Assembly: GCA_965213625.1 (NCBI GenBank)
Contig: CBDBZU010000004.1
Coordinates: 1,248,001-1,312,000 of the forward strand
Source: a bacterium
Lineage (GTDB): Bacteria; UBA8248
Length of the DNA stretch: 64,000 nt
Reading direction: 5' to 3'
The first letter of the stretch is position 1. Each line of letters begins with the position of its first letter. Below the pieces are notes generated by a model. That model had not been told where the DNA came from. It did no database searches and was given only the letters and a program-made list of their open reading frames with translations. Positions 49,402 to 58,587 of the stretch are shown here, one piece after another. A program made the translations under genes and the position numbers.

Positions 49402-50895
49402 ATGCCGACGCCCCGCGTAATAGCGATTCAGTTCGATGGTCTTCGCGCGGACGCCCTGAGTGCGGAGAGAACACCGAATCTCCTCGCCGCGGCGGAGCGA
49501 GGCGCGTGGTTCCAGAATCACCGCAGCACGTTTCCCACCTCGACGAGGGTTTGCGTATCGAGCCTCGCCACCGGCGTCTATCCCCGAATGCACGGCCTGC
49601 CGGGGAATTCACTCTTCTCACCCGAGTTGGGCGAATCCATCACCACGGGCCGCTACGAGCACCTCCTCGCCTGGGAGCGGGCCATGGGCGGGCGTCTGCT
49701 CTTGCAGGACACCTTTTTCGAGCGGGCGGGAGGCGGCGTCATCATCAGCGCCGCGTCGAGCGGCTCGGCCTGGATCTGGAACGCGGGACGGCCTGCGTGC
49801 CTGATTCATCCAGAGGCGACGCATCCCGCTGAAGATATTGGAAGAATCGAGGAGACGGGAAAAATCCCCGCGGCAGGGGAACCGGATCTTGCGCGCTGCG
49901 CGTGGGCGCTCGACGTGACGCTCGATTACGTGATCCCCGAACTCGAACCCGCCGTGCTCGTGGTACATCTGAGTGAGCCGGACAGCACGCAACACTACCG
50001 GGGCGCCGCAGGTGCAGTCCATCGTCAGGCGCTCGAAGGGGTGGATCGACTGTTCGGCGCGTTCTGGGAAAGGTTTCGAGCGGCACACGATGATTGGGCG
50101 CAGACGAACCTTCTCCTGTTCTCCGACCACGGCGTCGTTGCGACGGCGGGCATGATCGACCTGGAAGCGGAACTCAATGATATCCCGGGTCGCGGGGAGA
50201 GGTGGGAGGTGGCGCACAGCGAGGGCGCGGCGCTTTTCTATGCGCAGTCGGAAAAAACACTTTTGGAGCTTTTAGAGCTTTTGCGGACGAAAGACTGGGC
50301 GGGGCCGCTCTTTTCAAAAGACGGGGATGGCGCCGAGGGAAGTTTGCCGGGAACGATGTCCTTGAGCCTGGCGGGTTGCGGCGGACCACGCGCGCCCGAT
50401 TTGCTCATGGGCTTTCAGTGGGGCGATGGATTCTTGCAGGGCGCACAAAGCGCGGGCGCGCTCCCCGGCTGGGGGTATTCATCGGTCAACAACAAGGGAA
50501 GCGGGGGAACGCACGGCTCGTGCAGCCCGTATGAGTTAGGCAATTTCCTGATTGCGCAAGGCCCCGCTTTTCCGGCGGGTGTGCGGGTGGATGCGCCGAC
50601 GGGAAACATCGACCTGGCCCCCACCATACTTTCCTTAGCTGGGCAGGAGACGCCCGGCGGTCTCGATGGGGAGACGCTTACGAACGCTTCCAGAGCGAGA
50701 GGAGAAAAGCGGGTCTACCGGGTGGAGTCCAAAGATTTCGCGCAGACGCTCTCGCGCACGGAGGTGAACGGGCGGTTTTATCTCAATTACGCAAGGTTGG
50801 AGAAAGGGCAATTTTTCTTCGATGGTGGGCTAGGGCACACCGTGCGCTCGCCTAACGCTCGGCGTCCGTATACGCGGCGCGTTCCTCGTCCTTGA
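49402..50895 (+). CDS. Alkaline phosphatase superfamily enzyme (nucleotide pyrophosphatase/phosphodiesterase type); 3' end uncertain
   Basis: FDGLRAD, FPTSTR, ATGVYP..HG, EPDSTQH, SDHG, GTHG, DLAPTI. Confidence 0.88.
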   Translation: MPTPRVIAIQFDGLRADALSAERTPNLLAAAERGAWFQNHRSTFPTSTRVCVSSLATGVYPRMHGLPGNSLFSPELGESITTGRYEHLLAWERAMGGRLLLQDTFFERAGGGVIISAASSGSAWIWNAGRPACLIHPEATHPAEDIGRIEETGKIPAAGEPDLARCAWALDVTLDYVIPELEPAVLVVHLSEPDSTQHYRGAAGAVHRQALEGVDRLFGAFWERFRAAHDDWAQTNLLLFSDHGVVATAGMIDLEAELNDIPGRGERWEVAHSEGAALFYAQSEKTLLELLELLRTKDWAGPLFSKDGDGAEGSLPGTMSLSLAGCGGPRAPDLLMGFQWGDGFLQGAQSAGALPGWGYSSVNNKGSGGTHGSCSPYELGNFLIAQGPAFPAGVRVDAPTGNIDLAPTILSLAGQETPGGLDGETLTNASRARGEKRVYRVESKDFAQTLSRTEVNGRFYLNYARLEKGQFFFDGGLGHTVRSPNARRPYTRRVPRP

Positions 50896-51763
50896 AGTCA
50901 TCCAGCAGATTGTGACCGCCCTCTTTGGCCTGCCGGACGGTGAAGATGGGCGGCGGCACGTCCGGACGCCATTTGGTGGTTTCCGGCGGTTCGGGCCACT
51001 CATACGGCAGGTGCCGATAGGCGTTGGGCGCTTGCGCTTCTTCCAGCAGCGCCGCCATGTCCTCGCAAATTTTGCGCTGTCCCTCGTAATCGCCCGCGAC
51101 GCCCAGTTGCCGCCCGAAGGGGTACTGGACGAACACCGCCCTGGGTACGCAGACTCGCTCGGTGGTCTCGGGCACGTTGGAGATGATGACGGTGGCGATC
51201 CCCGCCTTTTCGATTTCGCGCTGAAGCAGTCCGCCGGACCGGTTGCACAAGGGTCAGACCGGATAGAGGAAGGCCGCATCCACGCCCTCCGCTTTCATCT
51301 TCTCGATCATCAGGGGCGCGGTGCGCTTCACCAGCGGGTTGAAGTTCGGGATGTAGCCCATGATGGAATAGAGCGTATCGGCCAGCGCGCCGATTCTTCC
51401 CTCCTGCTCGAAATCCGTGAAGATATCGACCGGCCAGGACACGTTTCTGTCCTCGGCCATGAAGGAGGTATCGACGTGTAAGTGCGAATACGCCACGTCG
51501 TCCTGGCCCGCCGTCTTGGGAATCTCCCGGTGGGTGGGGTCGCCCCACGTGCCCTCGCGGCGCTCTCTTTCATAATCGAAAGAAACGTCGTTCTTCATGA
51601 AGATGCCGGCCGTAGATACCAGGGTGACCTTGCACTCTGCCAGTGGTTTTTCCAGCGGCGTCCAGGGCGTTTTGGCCGGGTCCGCGTGGCGCTGCGCCAG
51701 GACGCGATCGCGCGAGGTGGGGTGAAAATAAAATCCATCGACTTTTTCGATCGGCATGTTCAT
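50852..51763 (-). CDS. Glycine/betaine/proline reductase selenoprotein-B-like protein (303 aa, UxxC, TGA at 51254-51256)
   Basis: ORFs 51254-51763 and 50852-51250 are one frame: PWTPLEKPLAECKVTLVSTAG, GDPTHREIP, DRNVSWP, DAAFLYPV-U-PLCNRSGGLLQREIEKAGIATV, VPRA, PFGRQLG; hairpin 3' of the UGA. Confidence 0.88.
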
Positions 51764-51786
51764 CCTCGAATTCCGGGTTTCATGAT

Positions 51787-53055
51787 TCAGGCTGGAGACG
51801 CTCCTCTCTTATCTCTTTTCGTCCAGCCGAGCAACACGACAAAGAAGCCGCAGAGAAAAAACATGAGCGCGAAGGCCGAAAGTCCCCAAAGGTAGGAGCC
51901 GTGCAGGTCGAAGAGGAAGCCCGTGGTCCATGGCCCTGCCGAACCCCAGAGGGCGAAGCCCATCATCGCTACGCCGTTCACGCGCCCGAAGCCGGGGCCT
52001 TCGAAATAATCCGCCAGGATGGCTGAGCCGGTAGGCCGCATGAGCCCCAGGGCTAGACCATTGGCGATCGTGCCCAGGTAGAAGCGGATTTGGGGGTCGC
52101 CCTTCTCGTAGTTCGCCAGAACGAGGACGGAGGCGATCCCGAGCGCCACGCCGATGAGGAACGTCGGCACCCGGCCCAGGCGGTCCGAGACCGGGCTGAT
52201 AAGGTTCGCTCCCACCTGGCATAAGCCCCAGATGGCGAACAGAACGCTCGCGGTTTCGAGCGAGAAGCCCTGGTCGGTGGCGTGAGGCACCAGATGAACA
52301 AGCATGCCCGCGAAGGTGTACGCCATGGGCAGAAACGAACCCATGAAGAAGAAAAACGGCAGATTTAATAAGGAGACGCGCTTATCATCGGATGATGAAG
52401 GCGCTGGTTTCGGTGTTTGCTCCTCCGGCAGTTCCAGGATGAAAGGGGCGTCGGCGATGGTGCCTTTGTCGGATGGGTGGTCCCTGTGAAAAATGATGCA
52501 GACGGGGAGCACGATGAGCAGAGTCACTCCCGCAAGCGCCAAATAGCTCATTCGCCAGCCCAGGGCCGAGATGAGGTAGGGCGTCGCGATGTTCAGGCAG
52601 AAGGCCCCCCCCTGGCAGGTGTTGGAAATGCCCAGGGCGAGTCCTCTTTTTTTCACGAACCAGTTCGAGAGCGTGGGCACCTGGGCAATCCAAGTGCTCG
52701 CGGCGAAGCCTGCGCACAGGCCGATGTACATCAGATAAAAATGCCAGAGCGAGGAGATTTGGCTTCCGATGAGAAGCGAGAGGCCGAATACCACGACCCC
52801 CGCCGACATCGACGCCCGTATGCTCCAGCGATCGGAAAAGATGCCCGCCAGCGGCGAGATGATCGCCTGGGCCACCATGCCGATGGAAAAAGCCGCCGCC
52901 GTCGCCCCCCGGCTCCAGCCCAGCTCGCCCGAGATTTCCTTGAAGAAGGGCCCGATGGTGGCGCGAATGGCGATGAGCGAAATCATGACGAGAAAGACCA
53001 CGGCCAGAACCACCCAGCCGTACCAGAGGCGCGATTCGTCCCGCATGACGTTCAT
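51787..53055 (-). CDS. MFS transporter
   Basis: WYGWVV, ELGWSRG, NWFVKKRGLALG, GWR, SDRLGR; multi-TM pattern. Confidence 0.92.
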   Translation of the reverse strand: MNVMRDESRLWYGWVVLAVVFLVMISLIAIRATIGPFFKEISGELGWSRGATAAAFSIGMVAQAIISPLAGIFSDRWSIRASMSAGVVVFGLSLLIGSQISSLWHFYLMYIGLCAGFAASTWIAQVPTLSNWFVKKRGLALGISNTCQGGAFCLNIATPYLISALGWRMSYLALAGVTLLIVLPVCIIFHRDHPSDKGTIADAPFILELPEEQTPKPAPSSSDDKRVSLLNLPFFFFMGSFLPMAYTFAGMLVHLVPHATDQGFSLETASVLFAIWGLCQVGANLISPVSDRLGRVPTFLIGVALGIASVLVLANYEKGDPQIRFYLGTIANGLALGLMRPTGSAILADYFEGPGFGRVNGVAMMGFALWGSAGPWTTGFLFDLHGSYLWGLSAFALMFFLCGFFVVLLGWTKRDKRGASPA

Positions 53056-53059
53056 GGTC

Positions 53060-54328
53060 CTAAGCGCGCTCTTCGCGCGGCATGCCAGAGAGGCTCACGA
53101 CGAAAACCGCGCCAACGATGAACATGCAGCCCACGAGGAGAAAACCCGAGTAGTAGTTCCCGCTGGCGTCGAAGAGCATGCCCGTCACGAGCGGGCCGAG
53201 CGCGCCAATGAGGGAGAAGACCATCATTGCGCATCCGTTTACGAGACCGAACCCCGGCCCCGCGAAATGGTCCGCCAATAGAGAGGACGCCGTGGGCCGG
53301 ACGAAGCCCAGTGCGAAGCCCACTCCCATCGCGCCCGCGTATATCAGCCACTCGGGCGATGCGCGCGTGAAGGCGGCCAGGAGATAACTCGCGGCCACGC
53401 CGCACACCACGCCCACCATGTAGGTGGGGAGCCTCCCGATGCGATCCGAAATCGCGCTCAACCCGTTTCCTACGACGAGGGCCGCCCCATACAGGGCGAA
53501 GAGCGCGGCGCCCCCCGAGGGAGAGAAGCCCTGGTCCGTCGCGTGGGGTATCAGGTGCACCAGAACGGCGGTGAAGACATACGCGATGCTGCCGTAAATG
53601 CCTCCGATCAGCATGAACCTGCGGGTGAAGAAAAAAGTAAAGGATACAGTTTCCGATTCCTTATCCGCAGGAATGATGACGGCGGCCCTGGCGCGGGCGC
53701 GGGAGAACTCCTCAGACGTGAGAAAAGGCGCGTCGGGAGCGGTTCGTTTCTCTCTGGGGTGGTCGCGCAGCGTCGTCACGGCGAAGGGCAGCACGAGTAG
53801 GAGTACGATTCCCGCCAGTGCGAGATAGCTACCCCGCCAGCCGAGTGCCGCGATGAGCAGAGGCGTGAAGATGTTCACGATGGGCGCGAAGCCCTGGGCT
53901 GCGTGCGAGAAACCCATGGCGAGGCCGCGCTTCAAGACGAACCAGTTCGAGAGCAGTTGCACCTGCGGCAGGTTGGCCGTGAAGGCGAAGCCGACCGATA
54001 GCAGAAAATACATGGCGTAGAATTGCCAGAGCGCACCGATGTAGGCGCCGATGATGAGCGCCGCTCCGTTTACGAGGATGCCTGCGCCAATCACCCAGCG
54101 CATGTTGAAGCGCTCGAGCACCCAGCCCGCGAAGGGGGCGACCATCGCCTGGCCGAGCATGCCCATGGTGAAGGCGGCGGCTGTCTCTGCGCGGTTCCAG
54201 CCGAATTCGCCGGAAATGTCCTTGAAGAAAACGCCGATAGAATTTCTGATGCCGATGGTCACCGTCAGGATCATGAAGACACTGAGGAGGATCACCCACC
54301 CGTACCACAGGCGCAGTTCTTTGCTCAT
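53060..54328 (-). CDS. MFS transporter (paralog of the adjacent gene)
   Basis: WYGWVI, EFGWNRA, NWFVLKRGLAMG, SDRIGR. Confidence 0.92.
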   Translation of the reverse strand: MSKELRLWYGWVILLSVFMILTVTIGIRNSIGVFFKDISGEFGWNRAETAAAFTMGMLGQAMVAPFAGWVLERFNMRWVIGAGILVNGAALIIGAYIGALWQFYAMYFLLSVGFAFTANLPQVQLLSNWFVLKRGLAMGFSHAAQGFAPIVNIFTPLLIAALGWRGSYLALAGIVLLLVLPFAVTTLRDHPREKRTAPDAPFLTSEEFSRARARAAVIIPADKESETVSFTFFFTRRFMLIGGIYGSIAYVFTAVLVHLIPHATDQGFSPSGGAALFALYGAALVVGNGLSAISDRIGRLPTYMVGVVCGVAASYLLAAFTRASPEWLIYAGAMGVGFALGFVRPTASSLLADHFAGPGFGLVNGCAMMVFSLIGALGPLVTGMLFDASGNYYSGFLLVGCMFIVGAVFVVSLSGMPREERA

Positions 54329-54345
54329 CTGGTAACGCGATGCGA

Positions 54346-54684
54346 TCAAGACGATGATTGGTCTTTGAGCGGTTGCCCCACCCAAAACGAATAGCCGGAG
54401 TAGAATTTCTCCACCCGTTTGATGGCGTGATCCGAGATGCGGACGCCCTCGACCGCGACGTCCGTAACGCCGGGGTGCTGCATCAGCTTCTGGCGCACGC
54501 CCAGGGCGTAGGTGACGCTCTTGAGCATGCAGCCGCGGCACGCGCCCTCGAAGCGCAGCGATACTTCGCCTTTTTCGCTCACTTTATCGAGCGAGATGCC
54601 GCCGCCGTGAATCTTGAGAAGCGGGCGAATCTGCGTCTCGATGATGTCCTGGACGTCGGTGACGAGGGCTTCGTGCTCGTTCAT
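54346..54684 (-). CDS. NifU C-terminal-like (Nfu) Fe-S carrier domain protein
   Basis: IRPLLKIHGGGI, FEGACRGC; ATGA overlap with the upstream gene. Confidence 0.85.
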   Translation of the reverse strand: MNEHEALVTDVQDIIETQIRPLLKIHGGGISLDKVSEKGEVSLRFEGACRGCMLKSVTYALGVRQKLMQHPGVTDVAVEGVRISDHAIKRVEKFYSGYSFWVGQPLKDQSSS

Positions 54685-55709
54685 CGGGCTGCTCCGCTCC
54701 ATAACTCTTGTTTCTTGGCCTCCACGTCCACGCCGAAGATGCGCGCCTGGTTCAGGCCCAGGATGTTGCGCTTATCCTCTTCGGTGATCTGCGGATAGCC
54801 GTAGTCGTCCTGCATGGATTCCGGGATTTCCATCTCCCATATCCACTCGATAACGGGCTTTGCGTTTCCCAGAAGCGCCATCTCAGAACCCCAGAGCACT
54901 CTCTCGGAGCCCACGTCGCGCAACAATCTGCCCATCCACTCGGTGAAGGTTCTGGGCGCGACCATGGGCGTATGGCCGATGCCTGAGAGCACGAGAAAGA
55001 CGTTCTCGTAGCGGTTCGCCATCCAGACGACTTCCTCGAAGTAGGGCACCGCCAGGTGGTGGATGCCGAAGAGCAGATCGGGAAAATCAAGGGCCGCGCC
55101 CTCGATGTCGAGCGGTGAGAGGTCGCGCAGCTTCGCCCGTGTGATGGGGTTTCCCTTGTGGAACTGGAATACCTCGATGCCCAGTTCGCGCCCTTTTTCA
55201 TAGAGGGGGTAGGCGATTTCGGGGTCGTCGCACGCCCAGGATTTTCCGTCCACGTGGGCGTTGTAGATTTTCATGGATTTCGCCCCCCACTCCTTCACCT
55301 GGCGCTCCATCTCCTCACACGCTGCGGCCACGCTCGGATACATGGGGTCCACGGCCCCACAGAACAGGCAGCGCTCGGGAAACGCTTGAGCGAACGCATA
55401 CTGCGCCTTCACGGGCGCAAAGCCGTCTTTATACAGGTCGAACAAGGGCACGGCCTGGGCCATCGCCATGTCGGTGCCCGAATCCTCGAAAACGAGGCGG
55501 CCCATGTCCTCCACGCTCCAGCGGCGCTTGAAGCCCTCCACCGGGTGCCAGTTCGCGTAGACGTCGGTGGGCGCGGTTCGTCTACGGCGGAGCACCTTGC
55601 TCACGTGGTAGTGGCGGTCGTATTCGCTTTGCTCCGAGACGAGGTTCTCATCCGAGTAGTCGTACATGTGCACCACGTTGTCGAATACGAATACGTCGTC
55701 GCGAATCAT
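54681..55709 (-). CDS. Amidohydrolase-2 family metal-dependent hydrolase
   Basis: DNVVHMY, VDP, YPLYEK, FHKG, FPDL.F.IHH, VLWGSE, KRNILGLN. Confidence 0.85.
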   Translation of the reverse strand: MIRDDVFVFDNVVHMYDYSDENLVSEQSEYDRHYHVSKVLRRRRTAPTDVYANWHPVEGFKRRWSVEDMGRLVFEDSGTDMAMAQAVPLFDLYKDGFAPVKAQYAFAQAFPERCLFCGAVDPMYPSVAAACEEMERQVKEWGAKSMKIYNAHVDGKSWACDDPEIAYPLYEKGRELGIEVFQFHKGNPITRAKLRDLSPLDIEGAALDFPDLLFGIHHLAVPYFEEVVWMANRYENVFLVLSGIGHTPMVAPRTFTEWMGRLLRDVGSERVLWGSEMALLGNAKPVIEWIWEMEIPESMQDDYGYPQITEEDKRNILGLNQARIFGVDVEAKKQELWSGAAR

Positions 55710-55914
55710 GACGCCAATCTCCTGGTAGGGGATAGAATCACCATCGCCAGATTATACATACAGCGCGCGGTCATGTCAGACGGGAGAGAGATTTCAGGTT
55801 AGCTTTGGTTGGGCTTTTAGGCGCAAGAGTCGTGAAATACCGCCGCTATTGGACTTAGATATAAAGTGCGCGTAGAAAAGTCCCTGGTTTTTCCACGCGC
55901 CAAAGGAGCAGGAC

Positions 55915-56784
55915 ATGGACTGGGTGACGCTCGCCGTCATTGCGGCTCTCGCGCAGGTGCTCAGAAACGCGGCGATGAAATCCATCGGCCACAAGCTGGA
56001 CGAGTACATCAACGTGCTGGGGCGGTTCGCTTTCCTGCTCCCCTTCGCGGCCGTGGCGGTGTGGATGAGGGGGGTGCCCGAGATACAGCCCGGCTTCTGG
56101 TGGTTTTGCGTCCTCTTCGGCTTCCTGCAAACCTCGGCCACGCTCGCGCTCTCGAAGGCGCTCCTGTACGGCTCGATGGGCGTGGTGACCTCGCTGTGGA
56201 AGCTCGCGACCATCTGGCTGGTGGTGCTCGCTTTCATCACGCTGGGCGAGGCGCCCTCGGCCTGGGGGCTCGTGGGTATCTTTGTCACCCTGGCGGGCGT
56301 CTACGGGCTGAACGTCTCGCGCGCGCGAATCGGCTGGTTCGAGCCTGTCCGCGCCATATTCACCGACAAGGGAATGCGCTACACCGTGCTCGCCTCGCTT
56401 TTCTACGCGCCCTCGGTGATTACCTTCAAGCAGGCGGCGGTGCTCTCAGACGCCACTTTCGGCACGCTCATTACCTATGCGGCGGCATCGCTCGTCGTGT
56501 TGCCGCTGACCCTGTGGAAATCCGCCGAGCACTTCAAGAGCGCGCCCAGGCTCTGGAAAGGCTTCGTATCCCTGGGGCTTTTCGCTTTCATCACGAGCTT
56601 GGCCCAGGCGGAGGCCTACCGTCTCACGCTCACCTCATACGTGGAATCGGTGAAACAGGTGGAGATACTCCTGGCCATCGGCATCGGCTACGTCTTCTTC
56701 AAGGAGCGCGACCGCGTGCGCGAAACGCTGCTGGGAGGCGTGGTGATTCTGGCCGGAATCGTTCTTCTGATTTTGGCGGGGTGA
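55915..56784 (+). CDS. EamA/DMT family transporter
   Basis: Two EamA-like halves with hydrophobic helices, ITLGE, YVESVKQ, FFKE. Confidence 0.85.
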   Translation: MDWVTLAVIAALAQVLRNAAMKSIGHKLDEYINVLGRFAFLLPFAAVAVWMRGVPEIQPGFWWFCVLFGFLQTSATLALSKALLYGSMGVVTSLWKLATIWLVVLAFITLGEAPSAWGLVGIFVTLAGVYGLNVSRARIGWFEPVRAIFTDKGMRYTVLASLFYAPSVITFKQAAVLSDATFGTLITYAAASLVVLPLTLWKSAEHFKSAPRLWKGFVSLGLFAFITSLAQAEAYRLTLTSYVESVKQVEILLAIGIGYVFFKERDRVRETLLGGVVILAGIVLLILAG

Positions 56785-56925
56785 GATTCGAGCGAGAAGC
56801 GAGAATTTCCCGACTGAAGAAGGAGAAATTCAGCCTTCGTTCCAGGGACTCGGTTTCTGCGACAACTCCTCCTTCTTCAGTTGAAGTAGACCCTCAAGGG
56901 GTTGTTGAAAAAGCCCCCCCTTGTC

Positions 56926-58445
56926 GGGTCTGTTGAAAAACCCGGTGTTGGAAGCGGGCGTTTTGGCGGCTCACGCGGCGGCGGAGAGGCAGTCCAATCG
57001 GCGCGTGAGGGCGCCATGTGTGCGCAGACGGCGTCTCCAGGCGGCACAGGCCGTCCAGAGGGCGAATAAACGCGCCGCAAAAGCGGCGGCCAGCCGCTTG
57101 AGGTTCACCGCTATCGCCGTCAGGTAGGACTGGATCCTCATGTTCGCAAGGCCCCGGCGCACCGCCCGCCCCAGTCCGTGCCGGCTCTTCGCCTCGCCGT
57201 GGTAGCCCTCCGAGCGCCAACGGTGGCGGTCGTAGAGCCGCTTCTCCTCCTCCCCCCATCGCAAATGGCGACGACGCGCGCGCAACAGCGCCGGATACGC
57301 GTTGGGAATCAACACCGCCTTGCTCGTTTGCGACTTCGACAGACAATCGGACCTGAGCGCGCAGCCCGCGCAATCCCGCGTCTTCGATACATAGGAGCGC
57401 CCCCGCTCCGTCGCCTGCCGGGGACGCAGCGTCTTGCCTCCCGGACACTTCACCACCTCGTTGCGCGCATCGTAGTGGAACAACTGCAGCGGAACACGGC
57501 TCTGGCTGGGTTCCTTCTTCGCTGGTATCAGCGCTTCCACGCCCCGCCGCTCCAATTCGCCATAAACCTTCGAGTACGCGTAGCCCGAATCCGCCGTCAC
57601 CATCTCCGGCGCGCGGCCCGACAACTCGCTTACCGCCTCTATATGGGACGCCATCATCTCACGCTCGTTCCGCGTCCCCTCCGTCACCGACACGTCGAGA
57701 ACAACACCCCGCTCATCGTCCACCGCCGCGTGCTGCTTGTAGCTCGGCTCGAACCCCGCCCGCGCGCTCTTGCGCGCAAGCCGCGCGTCCGGGTCCGTCC
57801 GGCTCACCCGACCCCCGCCACCGCGGCCTCCTCCCTTCTTCTCCCCCTCATCATCGACGGGATTCTCCCGAATCACCTTCTCCGCGTGGTGCGCCGCCAG
57901 ACTCTCCCAGCTCACGTCCGCGCGTATCAACGAGGCGTCCACGTGCACCACTTCCCCCTTCGCCACATTCGCCTCCAGGCAAGCCTGCACCGTGCGACGG
58001 AATATCTCCTTGAACCGAGCCTCCCCCCACCGCTGACGAATCCGCGTCAGGCTCGAATGATGCGGCAAATCCTCGTGCAGCCCGTACCCGATGAACCACC
58101 GGATCGCCAGGTGCGCACGCGCCTCGCGAAGCAGACGCCGGTCGTGTACGTAGCCCAGCAACATACCCGCCAGCATCAGGCGCAACGCCACCTCCGGGTC
58201 GATCCCCGGTCGACCGTTATCCGCGCAATAGCAATCCGCCACCTCCGCGCGAAGCCAACTCAAATCCAGTACGTGGTCCACGCGCATCAGGACGTGATCC
58301 TCGGGGATCAACCGTTCCAGCGAACCGGCCACGAACAAATCCATCTGCTCGCGCCCCTTGCTGCCTATCATCGAGGGAACTCCCATCTCGGGCGAGATAG
58401 TGTCCTTACACCCAATCACAATGCCGGGGGTTTTTCAACAGCCCC
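56926..58445 (-). mobile_element. IS1182-family insertion sequence, copy 3 (1520 bp), 5-bp duplication TTGTC
   Basis: Same TIRs as copy 2; TTGTC at 56921-56925 and 58446-58450. Confidence 0.93.
56971..58371 (-). CDS. IS1182-family DDE transposase
   Basis: Near-identical to copy 2. Confidence 0.93.
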   Translation of the reverse strand: MIGSKGREQMDLFVAGSLERLIPEDHVLMRVDHVLDLSWLRAEVADCYCADNGRPGIDPEVALRLMLAGMLLGYVHDRRLLREARAHLAIRWFIGYGLHEDLPHHSSLTRIRQRWGEARFKEIFRRTVQACLEANVAKGEVVHVDASLIRADVSWESLAAHHAEKVIRENPVDDEGEKKGGGRGGGGRVSRTDPDARLARKSARAGFEPSYKQHAAVDDERGVVLDVSVTEGTRNEREMMASHIEAVSELSGRAPEMVTADSGYAYSKVYGELERRGVEALIPAKKEPSQSRVPLQLFHYDARNEVVKCPGGKTLRPRQATERGRSYVSKTRDCAGCALRSDCLSKSQTSKAVLIPNAYPALLRARRRHLRWGEEEKRLYDRHRWRSEGYHGEAKSRHGLGRAVRRGLANMRIQSYLTAIAVNLKRLAAAFAARLFALWTACAAWRRRLRTHGALTRRLDCLSAAA

Positions 58446-58587
58446 TTGTCAGGGGGGTAAAAGCGATTCGCCCCGCCGAGGAGGTTATTCAACAACCTCC
58501 AAGGGGGGAGTGATTTTGAGGCGGCGCTTTGGGTTTCCTTCCTCATTGGTCGGTTTTTCTGTTCTGCTTCCGGTGGGTGTGTTTCCC

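Larger units (their letters stand above)
56898..58499. mobile_element. Mini-MITE (about 77 bp without the IS) carrying IS1182 copy 3, itself inserted in a CCCTCAAGGGGGGAGTG hairpin
   Basis: Ends GGGGTTGTTGAAAAAG / GGTTATTCAACAACCTC; CAA on both sides; joined flanks resemble the intact repeat near 16656. Confidence 0.65.

Noticed and set aside
50800-50895. 44-bp convergent overlap of the phosphodiesterase and selenoprotein genes
   Set aside because: The tail is low-information and a 1-bp indel near 50805 would stop it at TAG 50831; not enough support for a functional overlap.
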